From an uncultured Pseudomonadota bacterium (GTDB lineage Bacteria; Pseudomonadota; Alphaproteobacteria; RF32; CAG-239): a DNA stretch of 64,000 bases. The stretch spans positions 45,729-109,728 of the forward strand of contig CASFNB010000002.1 in the NCBI GenBank assembly GCA_949295915.1, read 5' to 3'. Of this stretch, positions 9,259-17,933 are shown piece by piece; the first letter of the stretch is position 1; every line of letters starts with the position of its first letter. A model generated the notes under the pieces. The model ran no database searches, had not been told where the DNA came from, and was given only the letters and a program-made list of their open reading frames with translations. A program made the position numbers and the translations under genes.

Positions 9259-9557
9259 TAGAGTTTTTCCAAATCTTCTATATATATCCAGCGTTTAATG
9301 GCAGAAAAGTCAACTTCTCCGTTCTCTTTCTGCCAATGTTTATCACTAAGTTTAGAAACCAAAAATTCGCCTTTTTTAGTTTCAATCAGGCAGAGCTTAT
9401 CAGACTTAGGCAAAACATTGGCATACCAATAGGTATTATCTTGGACATATTTTTGAATAACTTGCGATTTTTTAATCAGTTGCGAACGCAAATTATAGTT
9501 TCGCCACTCTGCAATGATGGCATAAAGAGCCAAAGCAAAAATAATCAGGTGCATCAT
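9258..9557 (-). CDS. Hypothetical single-TM protein
   Basis: N-terminal hydrophobic helix. Its stop overlaps the esterase start, consistent with an operon. Confidence 0.45.
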   Translation of the reverse strand: MMHLIIFALALYAIIAEWRNYNLRSQLIKKSQVIQKYVQDNTYWYANVLPKSDKLCLIETKKGEFLVSKLSDKHWQKENGEVDFSAIKRWIYIEDLEKL

Positions 9558-9606
9558 TTTTCTCCTTATTTTTTTACAAGTTTAGCACCATAAATTGTCT
9601 TTTCAA

Positions 9607-9638
9607 CAAAAAAAGCCCCGTAAGGTTAATACGGGGCT
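9607..9638 (-). terminator. Rho-independent terminator
   Basis: Stem agccccgta/tacggggct followed by a T7 tract on the minus strand, downstream of the LTXXQ gene. Confidence 0.7.
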
Positions 9639-9664
9639 GGTGTATTGAGGATGAAAAATAAAAA

Positions 9665-10186
9665 TTAATCTTTATCTTTTTTATCCTTTTTCTTGTCTTT
9701 TTTATCTTTTTTTGCCTCTTTTTTCCATTTTTCGGCGCGTTTTTCCATTTTTTTCTTCATTTTTGCTTCGCGTTTAGCTTTCATTTCATCAAGCTTTTGC
9801 TTTTGTTCCGGAGTCAAGATTTTTTCAAAATCTTCCATATTTTGTTTGCGGATTTCATCCATCTTGCCACGGAGTTCATCAGCTTGCTTCATCAAAGGTT
9901 CCATTTTCTTGCGGTTTGCCTCACGCAATTTTTCGGCTTGAGCTTTTTGCTCTTCGGTCAAGCCCAATTTTTCGGCAAACTTATCAGACATTTCCTTTCT
10001 GAATTCTTTATCAAATTTTGGGCCCTTCTTCCACTCATGAGGAGGCATATGTGGTCTCGGAGCATCAATGGCATGTTCCGGATGATGCGGCGGCGGTGGC
10101 GGCATATCATTTTCTTGAGCCCAAGAGTTTGTTGCACCCATCAACAGAGCAACAGCACAGCACATAGTTGAAAAAGTTTTTTTCAT
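9665..10186 (-). CDS. Periplasmic LTXXQ-motif (Spy/CpxP/ZraP-like) protein with a His/Pro-rich N-terminus and a poly-KD tail
   Basis: Signal peptide (…GATNSWA|QE). Two LTXXQ motifs (LTEEQKAQ, LTPEQKQKL). PPPPPHHPEH…PHMPPHEW segment. C-terminal KKDKKDKKKDKKDKD. Confidence 0.7.
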   Translation of the reverse strand: MKKTFSTMCCAVALLMGATNSWAQENDMPPPPPHHPEHAIDAPRPHMPPHEWKKGPKFDKEFRKEMSDKFAEKLGLTEEQKAQAEKLREANRKKMEPLMKQADELRGKMDEIRKQNMEDFEKILTPEQKQKLDEMKAKREAKMKKKMEKRAEKWKKEAKKDKKDKKKDKKDKD

Positions 10187-10187
10187 A

Positions 10188-10682
10188 TTAGTTCTCCTTC
10201 AAGAATTTAAGTTTTTCGCTCAAAATTTTACGGGCGTTAAACAATCTGGATTTAATCGTACCAACCGGCAACCCGAGTTTTTTAGAAATTTCTTCATAAG
10301 ATTTTTCTTCAAACTCAAACAAAATCACCACTTGGCGCATTTTTCTCGGCAAATCATCGACGGCTTTAAGAATAATTTTTTGACGTTTTTTGGCATCAAT
10401 CACTTCTTCTTGTCTGCCACCGACTTTCACCTTATCCAAAATCTCTTCTCCGCTGACTTGCTTTGTCTCCATAATATGTTGCTTAGATTTGAAATAATCT
10501 CTGCAAACATTGGCTGTTAACGTACTAAGCCAGCTTGAGAATTTTCCCTGTTCTTGATAATTTTCCATATTTTTCCAGGTTTTAATATAAACTTCCTGTT
10601 CAATATCTTCATTATAAGAACCGGTAATTTTTTTGATAACGGATCTGATAAGTCCGCCATATTCCGCAATTATCTCTTTCAT
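10188..10682 (-). CDS. ECF (sigma-70 family, group IV) RNA polymerase sigma factor
   Basis: Region 2 (…EQEVYIKTWKN…) and region 4 helix-turn-helix (SYEEISKKLGLPVGTIKSRLFNARKIL). Confidence 0.85.
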   Translation of the reverse strand: MKEIIAEYGGLIRSVIKKITGSYNEDIEQEVYIKTWKNMENYQEQGKFSSWLSTLTANVCRDYFKSKQHIMETKQVSGEEILDKVKVGGRQEEVIDAKKRQKIILKAVDDLPRKMRQVVILFEFEEKSYEEISKKLGLPVGTIKSRLFNARKILSEKLKFLKEN

Positions 10683-10937
10683 TTAGCCAACCATCAAAAG
10701 TCCGTAATCATCTGTGGGCAAACCATATTCCGCAAGGTTAGATGAGGTTAAAGTGCTATCATCCAACATAAAATAATATCCGTAGATATCAAACTCGCTT
10801 TGTTGTTGCGGCCACAAAGAACTAAGCATAAACACACCGACAAACATTGCACAAACAGATTTTATAATGTTGTTACGACGCTTGCGTGCAAAATACAATG
10901 GTTTTGCTTCTTTGAGTAATTTTGAAATATCTTCCAT
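10683..10937 (-). CDS. Small single-TM protein, possible anti-sigma-like partner
   Basis: 84 aa with a central TM helix (CAMFVGVFMLSSLW). It sits directly upstream of the ECF sigma factor gene and abuts it. Any functional link is inference only. Confidence 0.35.
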   Translation of the reverse strand: MEDISKLLKEAKPLYFARKRRNNIIKSVCAMFVGVFMLSSLWPQQQSEFDIYGYYFMLDDSTLTSSNLAEYGLPTDDYGLLMVG

Positions 10938-10999
10938 TGTTTACCTCCCTTACATATATTTATAACGACGAGAGTTTCAATATGGTTCAAAAAATTTTT

Positions 11000-13267
11000 T
11001 TACATTAATCCGTTTCTAGCCGCATTAGCTTTATTACAAGGCAAAATGTCTTCAAATTTTGTTAATTTTTCAAATATTTTCAAAACTTTATCGGAAGTAT
11101 ATTTTTTATAGCAAAAATCCGCACGATAAAAATCTGCTTTGATATTTTTAGCTTCTGCGGCGACACAATACGGATTTTCAGAGAACAGCATAATCTGACA
11201 ATCTTTAGAAAGAGCCTGATAATATTTTCCATCGCGTTTTAAGCTCAACCATTTTTCGCCCTGCGGACAATTTTTACAATCGTTGGAACGAATACAATCG
11301 GCACTGGTAAACAGCGGCACATCTTGATACACAACCATACAAAGCGGAAGTTGCGATTTATCTGCAAGCCCTTGCATATTAGATAAATCATCTTCCAAAG
11401 CCAATGTAACGCGTGAGGCGTTCATCCCTTTAGCTTGCTCTATTGCTTGTGTGTTGAGCGTATAGATAGAGGCATCAAAAGAAATATCTACACCTTTTTC
11501 AGGCAAAACCGACAAGCCCCAATAATGCCCGATTTCCCATTTCTTATAGCCTTGAGATAAAAGTTCGGCAATGAGCTTAGTATAAAGCTGAGGCTTACGA
11601 CAAACGGCAGGCAATGCAATACGAACTTTATTTTTAGGCAATGCTTTCAACTCTTCCGCTTTTGAACTTGGAGAAATCAGCCAAATAACTTCAGCAACCT
11701 TATCTAAATCAATCTGCGCGAGGCTGGCAAGGTTATCGGTCTTAATCACCCATTGCGGAGCTTGTTGAGCTCTGGGCACAGAAATTTCGGGCATTGAGCC
11801 ATGCTTATCTTCAATTTTGATTTGCGCATACAAATCACGACGCAATTCATTCAAAAGAGATGCCGGCGCAAACAGATTGTTCGGGTTATCAATGATAATA
11901 TCAGCAAGCGTGAAATTGGTATCACCGGTTTTGCCAAAAGCCGTTTCAATTGCAAACTTTACTTTATCCGGATTCTGCGCCGGCGCAAATTCGCCGCTGA
12001 CTTTGGCTGAAACACCGTTTGCCGTTGCGGTAATTGTCGTCGGTTTCACAACAACCTCAACCTTAACCTCATCACGACGCATAAACTCCTTCGGCTTGGG
12101 TTTGGTATAAGGATAAGCCCCCTTCACTTCGCTTGATGATGCTAAATAAATATTTTCACCCAAAGAAAGTTCCGGCGTTTTCGGTGGTAAAGAAATTTCT
12201 ACGAGTGTGTTTTTCTCGGCTTCACAAACATTTTTGCCGTTAACTTTCAAAAACTGCAAAGAAAAACCAAACGGCTTTTCATCTCCGCTCACATCAATCT
12301 GGATTCCGTCATAACGGGCAATTTTATGATTCGTTTTGAAAAAGAGCTTGTTCTTGGCAATTTTTTCAATTTTACCGATGAGCAAACCGCGGTGTCCGAC
12401 AAAATCGCGGTCAATCACGTTTTTGTTTTTGCCTTTAAAATGGAAATCTGTCCACGGACGAGAGAAAATCTGCTTAATATGCTCTTCTCTGATGCTGTCG
12501 GCACCCTTCCCGTCCAAGATCCGACGATAATAATCGGTAACGGCAGCCACGTAGAGTGCAGTCTTTTTGCGTCCTTCAATTTTGAGCGAAGTCACCGGCA
12601 TATCCAAGATTTTTTCTTGCAAAGCCATATCTTTCATTGAAAAATAGTGCTTTTTACCGGCTTCTCCTTCAAAAGATGCTCGACAAGGATACAAACATTT
12701 GCCGCGGTTGGCACTTTTTCCGGTTTCAAAAGAAGAAAACAGACAAAGTCCGCTGTAAGAATAGCACAAAGCACCATGGATAAAGGCTTCGGTTTCCAAA
12801 TTGGGAATAGAAGCAATTTCTTTAATTTCAGACAAATGCAACTCACGCGCCAAAACCACACGCGTAAAGCCGATTTTTTGTAAAGCTAAAGCCCCTTCTT
12901 TATTATGTACCGCCATTTGTGTACTGGCGTGCATTTCAAGTTCGGGATATTGCTCGTGAATAATGCGCGCTACGCCTAAATCTTGGATAATAATGGCATC
13001 AACATGATATTTGGAACATAAATCCAAAGTTTTAAGGAGTTGCGGCATTTCGTGCTCTTGCACCAAAGTATTGATAGCCACATAAACCTTGCGCTTGAGG
13101 TGATGCGCAAAAGCCACAAACTCATTGAGTTGTTGTTCATCAAAATTAGCCGCCGTAGCACGCGCCGAAAAGTTTTTCAAGCCAAGATAAACCGCATCAG
13201 CACCATAGTAAAGCGCGGCATAACCGGCTTCAATATCTCCTGCCGGTGCCAAAAGTTCTTGTTTCAT
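11000..13267 (-). CDS. Peptidase U32 family protein (long form with a C-terminal extension)
   Basis: N-terminal U32 signature (…ELLAPAGD…AGADAVYLG…) and a conserved Cys-rich segment (CYSYSGLCLFSS…GKCLYPC). The 755-aa length is consistent with U32+DUF3656-type proteins. Confidence 0.8.
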   Translation of the reverse strand: MKQELLAPAGDIEAGYAALYYGADAVYLGLKNFSARATAANFDEQQLNEFVAFAHHLKRKVYVAINTLVQEHEMPQLLKTLDLCSKYHVDAIIIQDLGVARIIHEQYPELEMHASTQMAVHNKEGALALQKIGFTRVVLARELHLSEIKEIASIPNLETEAFIHGALCYSYSGLCLFSSFETGKSANRGKCLYPCRASFEGEAGKKHYFSMKDMALQEKILDMPVTSLKIEGRKKTALYVAAVTDYYRRILDGKGADSIREEHIKQIFSRPWTDFHFKGKNKNVIDRDFVGHRGLLIGKIEKIAKNKLFFKTNHKIARYDGIQIDVSGDEKPFGFSLQFLKVNGKNVCEAEKNTLVEISLPPKTPELSLGENIYLASSSEVKGAYPYTKPKPKEFMRRDEVKVEVVVKPTTITATANGVSAKVSGEFAPAQNPDKVKFAIETAFGKTGDTNFTLADIIIDNPNNLFAPASLLNELRRDLYAQIKIEDKHGSMPEISVPRAQQAPQWVIKTDNLASLAQIDLDKVAEVIWLISPSSKAEELKALPKNKVRIALPAVCRKPQLYTKLIAELLSQGYKKWEIGHYWGLSVLPEKGVDISFDASIYTLNTQAIEQAKGMNASRVTLALEDDLSNMQGLADKSQLPLCMVVYQDVPLFTSADCIRSNDCKNCPQGEKWLSLKRDGKYYQALSKDCQIMLFSENPYCVAAEAKNIKADFYRADFCYKKYTSDKVLKIFEKLTKFEDILPCNKANAARNGLM

Positions 13268-13366
13268 AAGAAATTTCCTTAAAATTAACTTATCTATAAG
13301 CTATTGCAGGCGGCTTCGCTTGTCAAGCAAAGAAAAGGCCTCTCAAAAGAGAGGCTTATCTTAATA

Positions 13367-14791
13367 TTAGAAACGAAAATCTCGTAAACCTTGTTCAATT
13401 TTGTGCAGATTATCATTACAAATATCATGAACTTTAGGCATAGGAATATGGTTAAGTTCTTTTTTAATAAGCTCTTCTCCGATTTTGCGTGTTTCCGGGC
13501 TGGCATAATCAAGCAAATATTCTTTCAAAGTCATCAACGCATTAGGCAAACAGCAGTTATGAATTTGCATATTTTTGCATAAAGCCATAAAGCGATCGCC
13601 GGTACGCCCTTCCCGATAGCAAGCCGTGCAAAAACTTGGAATATATCCCATTTTCATCAGCCAACGCACAACTTCATCAAGAGTACGATTATCGCTCACT
13701 TCAAATTGAGATGAGTTATCATCTTCGGCTTCCGGTGTATCATAACCGCCGACACTGGTCTTAGAACCACCGCTTATTTGCGAAATACCATAATGAATAA
13801 CCTTTTCGCGACACTCTTTGCTCTCACGGGTGGACATAATCATACCCGTATAAGGTACGGCAATACGAATACAAGCCACGATTTTGGCAAAAGTATCATC
13901 ATCAATACCGTTATCAAACACACTCGGATCAATATCATCGGCACGACGGATTCTCGGTACGGAAATCGTATGCGGTCCGACACCGTGGACAGCTTCCAAA
14001 TGTTCGGCGTGCATCAAAAGTCCGGCAAACTCGTAGCGATATCTCTCCAAACCAAACAACACACCTAAACCTACGTCATCAATTCCTCCCGCCATAGCTC
14101 GGTCCATTGCCTCGGTATGATAAGCATAATTATGCTTTGGTCCTTTAGGATGCAGTTTTTCATAGCTTTCTTTGTGATATGTCTCTTGGAAAAGAATATA
14201 AGTACCGATTCCGGCGTCCTTGAGTTTGCGATAATTTTCAATGGTAGTCGCAGCAATATTCACATTTACACGGCGAATAGCTCCGTTTTTATGCTTAATG
14301 GAATAAATGGTTTTAATCGATTCCAAAATATATTCAATCGGATTATTGATGGGGTCTTCACCGGATTCGATAGCCAAGCGTTTATGTCCCATGTCTTGCA
14401 GAGCAATCACCTCTTTGGCAATCTCTTCTTGTGTCAGCTTTTTTCTTTTGATATGTTTGTTAATCGCATGATACGGACAATAAACACATCCATTCACACA
14501 ATAGTTAGAAAGATACAGTGGTGCAAACATCACTATGCGATTACCGTAAAAATCTTTTTTAATTTGTTCCGCCAGAGCAAAAATCTCGGCATTTTTTTCG
14601 GGGATATCGCAATCAAGCAAAAGCATGGCTTCACGGTGAGATAAGCCTTTACATTTTTTGGCTTTTTCTAAAATTTGATTGATTAGTTCTGGATTATTTT
14701 TATGGGCATCGGCATAAGCCAATGTGTCTAAAATTTCTTCATGGCTGATAAATTCCTCAGCCTTTAAGGACTCTGGATTATACATATTCAC
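13367..14791 (-). CDS. hydG: Radical-SAM tyrosine lyase of HydG type ([FeFe]-hydrogenase H-cluster maturase)
   Basis: Radical SAM CVNGCVYC (CX3CX2C). ThiH/HydG-like core. At 474 aa it is about 100 aa longer than ThiH, and it carries the C-terminal auxiliary-cluster motif CTACYREGRTGDRFMALCKNMQIHNCC (CX2CX22C). Confidence 0.75.
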   Translation of the reverse strand: MNMYNPESLKAEEFISHEEILDTLAYADAHKNNPELINQILEKAKKCKGLSHREAMLLLDCDIPEKNAEIFALAEQIKKDFYGNRIVMFAPLYLSNYCVNGCVYCPYHAINKHIKRKKLTQEEIAKEVIALQDMGHKRLAIESGEDPINNPIEYILESIKTIYSIKHKNGAIRRVNVNIAATTIENYRKLKDAGIGTYILFQETYHKESYEKLHPKGPKHNYAYHTEAMDRAMAGGIDDVGLGVLFGLERYRYEFAGLLMHAEHLEAVHGVGPHTISVPRIRRADDIDPSVFDNGIDDDTFAKIVACIRIAVPYTGMIMSTRESKECREKVIHYGISQISGGSKTSVGGYDTPEAEDDNSSQFEVSDNRTLDEVVRWLMKMGYIPSFCTACYREGRTGDRFMALCKNMQIHNCCLPNALMTLKEYLLDYASPETRKIGEELIKKELNHIPMPKVHDICNDNLHKIEQGLRDFRF

Positions 14792-14854
14792 TCACTTTCT
14801 TTCGGGTTAGAAAAACTTTCCCGTCAGGTTAAAAAATAAAATTAATAAATGAAA

Positions 14855-15109
14855 TCAGACATTTGCAAAGAGGGTTTTTGATGAAATCCCTTTTAATTTG
14901 CCGATTTTTCCGGATAAAGCACTTATAATATCTTGAGGTGCATCAAGAACAACCGAGATAATGCTGACATTTTTTTGTTTATAAGGAATACCCATTCGTC
15001 CGATAATATGAGATGCGTATTCATGCAAAATTTCATTCAAAGCCTCAACGGAATCTCTATTTTCAACGATGATACCGACAATAGCTACTCTGCTTTCCAT
15101 AACAAACAC
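14855..15109 (-). CDS. TM1266-family small ACT/NikR-C-like protein (putative iron-only hydrogenase system regulator)
   Basis: 84-aa protein (…RVAIVGIIVENRDS…GRMGIPYKQKNVSIISVVLDAPQDIISALSGKIGKLKGISSKTLF) that fits the family usually found next to hydE/hydG. Confidence 0.6.
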   Translation of the reverse strand: MFVMESRVAIVGIIVENRDSVEALNEILHEYASHIIGRMGIPYKQKNVSIISVVLDAPQDIISALSGKIGKLKGISSKTLFANV

Positions 15110-15120
15110 TCACTTAAGAG

Positions 15121-16437
15121 TTAAAAACGACTGAAAATCGGCAAGTTTTTCTCGAGCTGGACACGTTGCTGTTCAATCAGAGTCGCCATATTCAATTTAC
15201 CGCTGCGGAGCATGCCTCTAACCGGACACCCCGAGGTCGTATCCGGATTTGCAAAAAGATAAGACAAAACAGCTCTTTTAGGTGCACCTGTTAAAATTTG
15301 GTGAATACATCCCAGAAAACCGTTAGCAACCAGTTCATAAGCCATTTCTTCCGAAATACCGCTTGATGCGGCATACTTCACTAAAGCATTGATGGCATCA
15401 CTCACATTATTAGCGTGAATTGTAGACAAGACCAAGTGTCCGGAAGTTGCAGCTCGCAAAGCTTCACTGGCCACATCGGGAGAACGAATCTCACCCAAAT
15501 AAATATAACGAGGTTTAGATCGCAATGCAGATTTAATACCTTCTTCCCAAGAACCGTTCGGAGGAGTTGTCTGTTTGCACAATCCGAGTTCACCGTCTTT
15601 GGTCACATAGACACCATCAAGAGGCATTTCTATCGGATCTTCAATAGTAAAGGCATAACCGCCCTTTCTAACCAAATATTCTTTCAATAGGGCTGAAATT
15701 GTTGTACTTTTACCGGATCCGGTAGCACCCGCCAAAAGAATTAATCCGCTGCAGCCGGCAATAGAATTCAAATGGCTCAAAACCCCGCTTGGAAAACCAA
15801 GCTTTTTCAAATCAGGCACTTCAATCGGCATTTTACGAGCGCAATATTGAGGACCTTCAAGAGCGACAGATCGTTCAACACGATAATTTCGATCATGATA
15901 ATTTAAAAGATAACTGGGGTTTCCGTCATACAAACTCTCCATTTTAGCAAAAAATTCAGAAAAATCTTGGAAAGTTACATATTTCAGTCCGCAATCGGTT
16001 TTTCCGCTCCAAATATAGCATTTTTTGTCAGGTGTAACATAGACATCGGAAAATTTAATATCATTAATCAGCCCCAATTTTTCAGGAATAGTTGTCAACG
16101 AAGAAAGATGGGAAACATCTTGTTGTTGAGGTTGCACATAGGATGAGTTAACATCAGCATGAGATTTGTCTGAACTTACTTCACTCAATTTATCTGGATT
16201 TGCCGACATTTGGTCTGCAGATTGCTTTTGTTCTGTCATTAATGCTGTCGGTTTCTGTACTTCCGCTTGAGGTTGAGTGTTTGTTCCGGAATTTTCAATC
16301 ACAACACTAGGACGAGGCATGGGACGTTGTCTCATTGCCATCATCTGACGATTATCAACCGTTTTATTAGGGGTCTGAATATTTTGTTTTTTTTCATCAG
16401 AATGCCCAAAAATTTTACTACCACTAAAAAAATCCAT
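15121..16437 (-). CDS. PilT/DotB-family secretion ATPase with an N-terminal low-complexity extension
   Basis: Walker A AGATGSGKSTT, Asp box FTIEDPIE, His box GHLVLSTIHANN, Walker B region. The N-terminal ~120 aa are rich in Q, S and P and look disordered. The exact start is uncertain. Confidence 0.75.
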   Translation of the reverse strand: MDFFSGSKIFGHSDEKKQNIQTPNKTVDNRQMMAMRQRPMPRPSVVIENSGTNTQPQAEVQKPTALMTEQKQSADQMSANPDKLSEVSSDKSHADVNSSYVQPQQQDVSHLSSLTTIPEKLGLINDIKFSDVYVTPDKKCYIWSGKTDCGLKYVTFQDFSEFFAKMESLYDGNPSYLLNYHDRNYRVERSVALEGPQYCARKMPIEVPDLKKLGFPSGVLSHLNSIAGCSGLILLAGATGSGKSTTISALLKEYLVRKGGYAFTIEDPIEMPLDGVYVTKDGELGLCKQTTPPNGSWEEGIKSALRSKPRYIYLGEIRSPDVASEALRAATSGHLVLSTIHANNVSDAINALVKYAASSGISEEMAYELVANGFLGCIHQILTGAPKRAVLSYLFANPDTTSGCPVRGMLRSGKLNMATLIEQQRVQLEKNLPIFSRF

Positions 16438-16657
16438 TTTTTTTCCATAAAAAAAAATAACAACAACACCAAAAACGTAATTATAATATTATAAAATGAA
16501 AAAATTAACAAAACTTTTATTAAGATAATCAACAAAACTTTTATAAGAAATGAAAAAGTTTTCTCAATTTCAACATAGATTGAGAAAGAAAAAGTCTTCA
16601 ATAAAAAATAGCAAACACTGTTTAATTTATACTACAAGAGGCGAAATTTACAAAACA

Positions 16658-16801
16658 AGTGACCGCAGCGAGTTAGAGTTTGATACGCAAACTCTTACGA
16701 GCCAGAAGAACTCCTTAAGGGAGTTCGAACCTATTATATGGATACAAAAAAAAAGCCTCAGGACTAAATCCCAAGACTCTGAATTGGTGGGCGCTGAGAG
16801 G
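16658..16801. repeat. Direct repeat copy 1 (144 nt) containing a 17-nt fragment of the tRNA-Val 3' end
   Basis: Identical to 16905..17047 except for a 1-nt difference in an A-run. It ends with tggtgggcgctgagagg, which is the reverse complement of the last 17 nt of tRNA-Val including CCA. Confidence 0.9.
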
Positions 16802-16904
16802 CTTGAGGAAGGAAAATTCTCCTGTGGAGGATTTTCTAACGAAAGGCGAACATTTGTTAGTTTTGAGGCAAGTGACAACGATGCCGACAAAGCGTTACAA
16901 ATGG

Positions 16905-17047
16905 AGTGACCGCAGCGAGTTAGAGTTTGATACGCAAACTCTTACGAGCCAGAAGAACTCCTTAAGGGAGTTCGAACCTATTATATGGATACAAAAAAAA
17001 GCCTCAGGACTAAATCCCAAGACTCTGAATTGGTGGGCGCTGAGAGG
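16905..17047. repeat. Direct repeat copy 2 (143 nt) overlapping the 3' end of the intact tRNA-Val
   Basis: See copy 1. The two copies are separated by a 103-nt spacer. Confidence 0.9.
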
Positions 17048-17106
17048 TTCGAACTCCCGACCCTCTCGGTGTAAACGAGATGCTCTTCCAGCTGAGCTAA
17101 GCGCCC
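17031..17106 (-). tRNA. tRNA-Val (anticodon UAC), CCA encoded
   Basis: 76-nt cloverleaf: acceptor GGGCGCT/AGCGCCC, anticodon stem TCTCG/CGAGA with loop TTTACAC, T-arm GGGAG-TTCGAAC-CTCTC. Confidence 0.9.
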
Positions 17107-17208
17107 ATCTTGCTTACAGGGAAGATATATATACTTATAAAAAAAATAAATCAAGTATTTTTTTTGAAAAAAAGCATATTTTTTATAATTATGTATTTTT
17201 TCAATAAG

Positions 17209-17766
17209 TTACCGAGTATTTGAGCTCAAAAAATCTAAAACTTTATTAACATCACTCTGATAGACTGATGAATTTTTTTTCTGACTTTTCTGTACATTTA
17301 CAGATTGAGTCGTTTGTTGAGAAACATCGGATCTTGAATTTTTATTAAGTTTTCCCTTAACTTCATTTAAATAAGCTTCACCGGACTTTTGAGGTGCCGA
17401 TTGAGAAAATTCCCGTGTAGAAACGACATAAGTACCACCATTTTGTTCCACAGCTTGTTTCACTGTTTTTTGAGCTCTTGCAATAACAGCGGCATTTACT
17501 GTTTTGCTTATCACCCCACCGGTATTACTATCTAAACGACCTAAGTTTCGTTCCAAGCGCCCAACTTGGTGTTTTATATTCGCAGTAGGAATCAATAGCT
17601 TTTGGTTTAACACGTGGTTTACATCTTCAACCGTTTCTGCAATTTTTTCCAATATTCCTTGTGCTTTTGCTTCTTGAGCACCGCCCAAAGTAAACAATGC
17701 GGCGCCCACAATCAAAGCCTTTTTTAATCTATCGGAAACTGTGCTTTTGAATATCTTTGTAGTCAT
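17209..17766 (-). CDS. Secreted hypothetical protein
   Basis: Signal peptide (…GGAQEAKA|Q). Q/S/N-rich C-terminal half. No recognisable domain. Confidence 0.5.
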   Translation of the reverse strand: MTTKIFKSTVSDRLKKALIVGAALFTLGGAQEAKAQGILEKIAETVEDVNHVLNQKLLIPTANIKHQVGRLERNLGRLDSNTGGVISKTVNAAVIARAQKTVKQAVEQNGGTYVVSTREFSQSAPQKSGEAYLNEVKGKLNKNSRSDVSQQTTQSVNVQKSQKKNSSVYQSDVNKVLDFLSSNTR

Positions 17767-17933
17767 TGCTCAAACTCCTTGAGTTGTTTCTTTAGCATAA
17801 ATATACCATATATTTTTGACAAAATAAACAAAAAAATACATATAAATAATAATAATCAATTGTCAAAATATTATTAAAAAAAAATAAGCCTCCGTTGGCA
17901 CGAAGGCTTATTAAGAAAGAAACAAGCTGTTAA

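Noticed and set aside
16700-16735. Possible second tRNA or tmRNA fragment suggested by the GGGAGTTCGAACC string within the 144-nt repeat
   Set aside because: No acceptor stem, anticodon arm or T-stem pairing could be built around it. It is kept only as a remark within the repeat finding.
16550-17207. ORF-track ORFs 16550..16909 (+), 16803..17207 (+) and 16648..16890 (-) spanning the tRNA-Val repeat region
   Set aside because: They are generated by and largely consist of the duplicated 144-nt repeat and the tRNA gene itself. The region is non-coding, with no RBS and repeat-derived composition.
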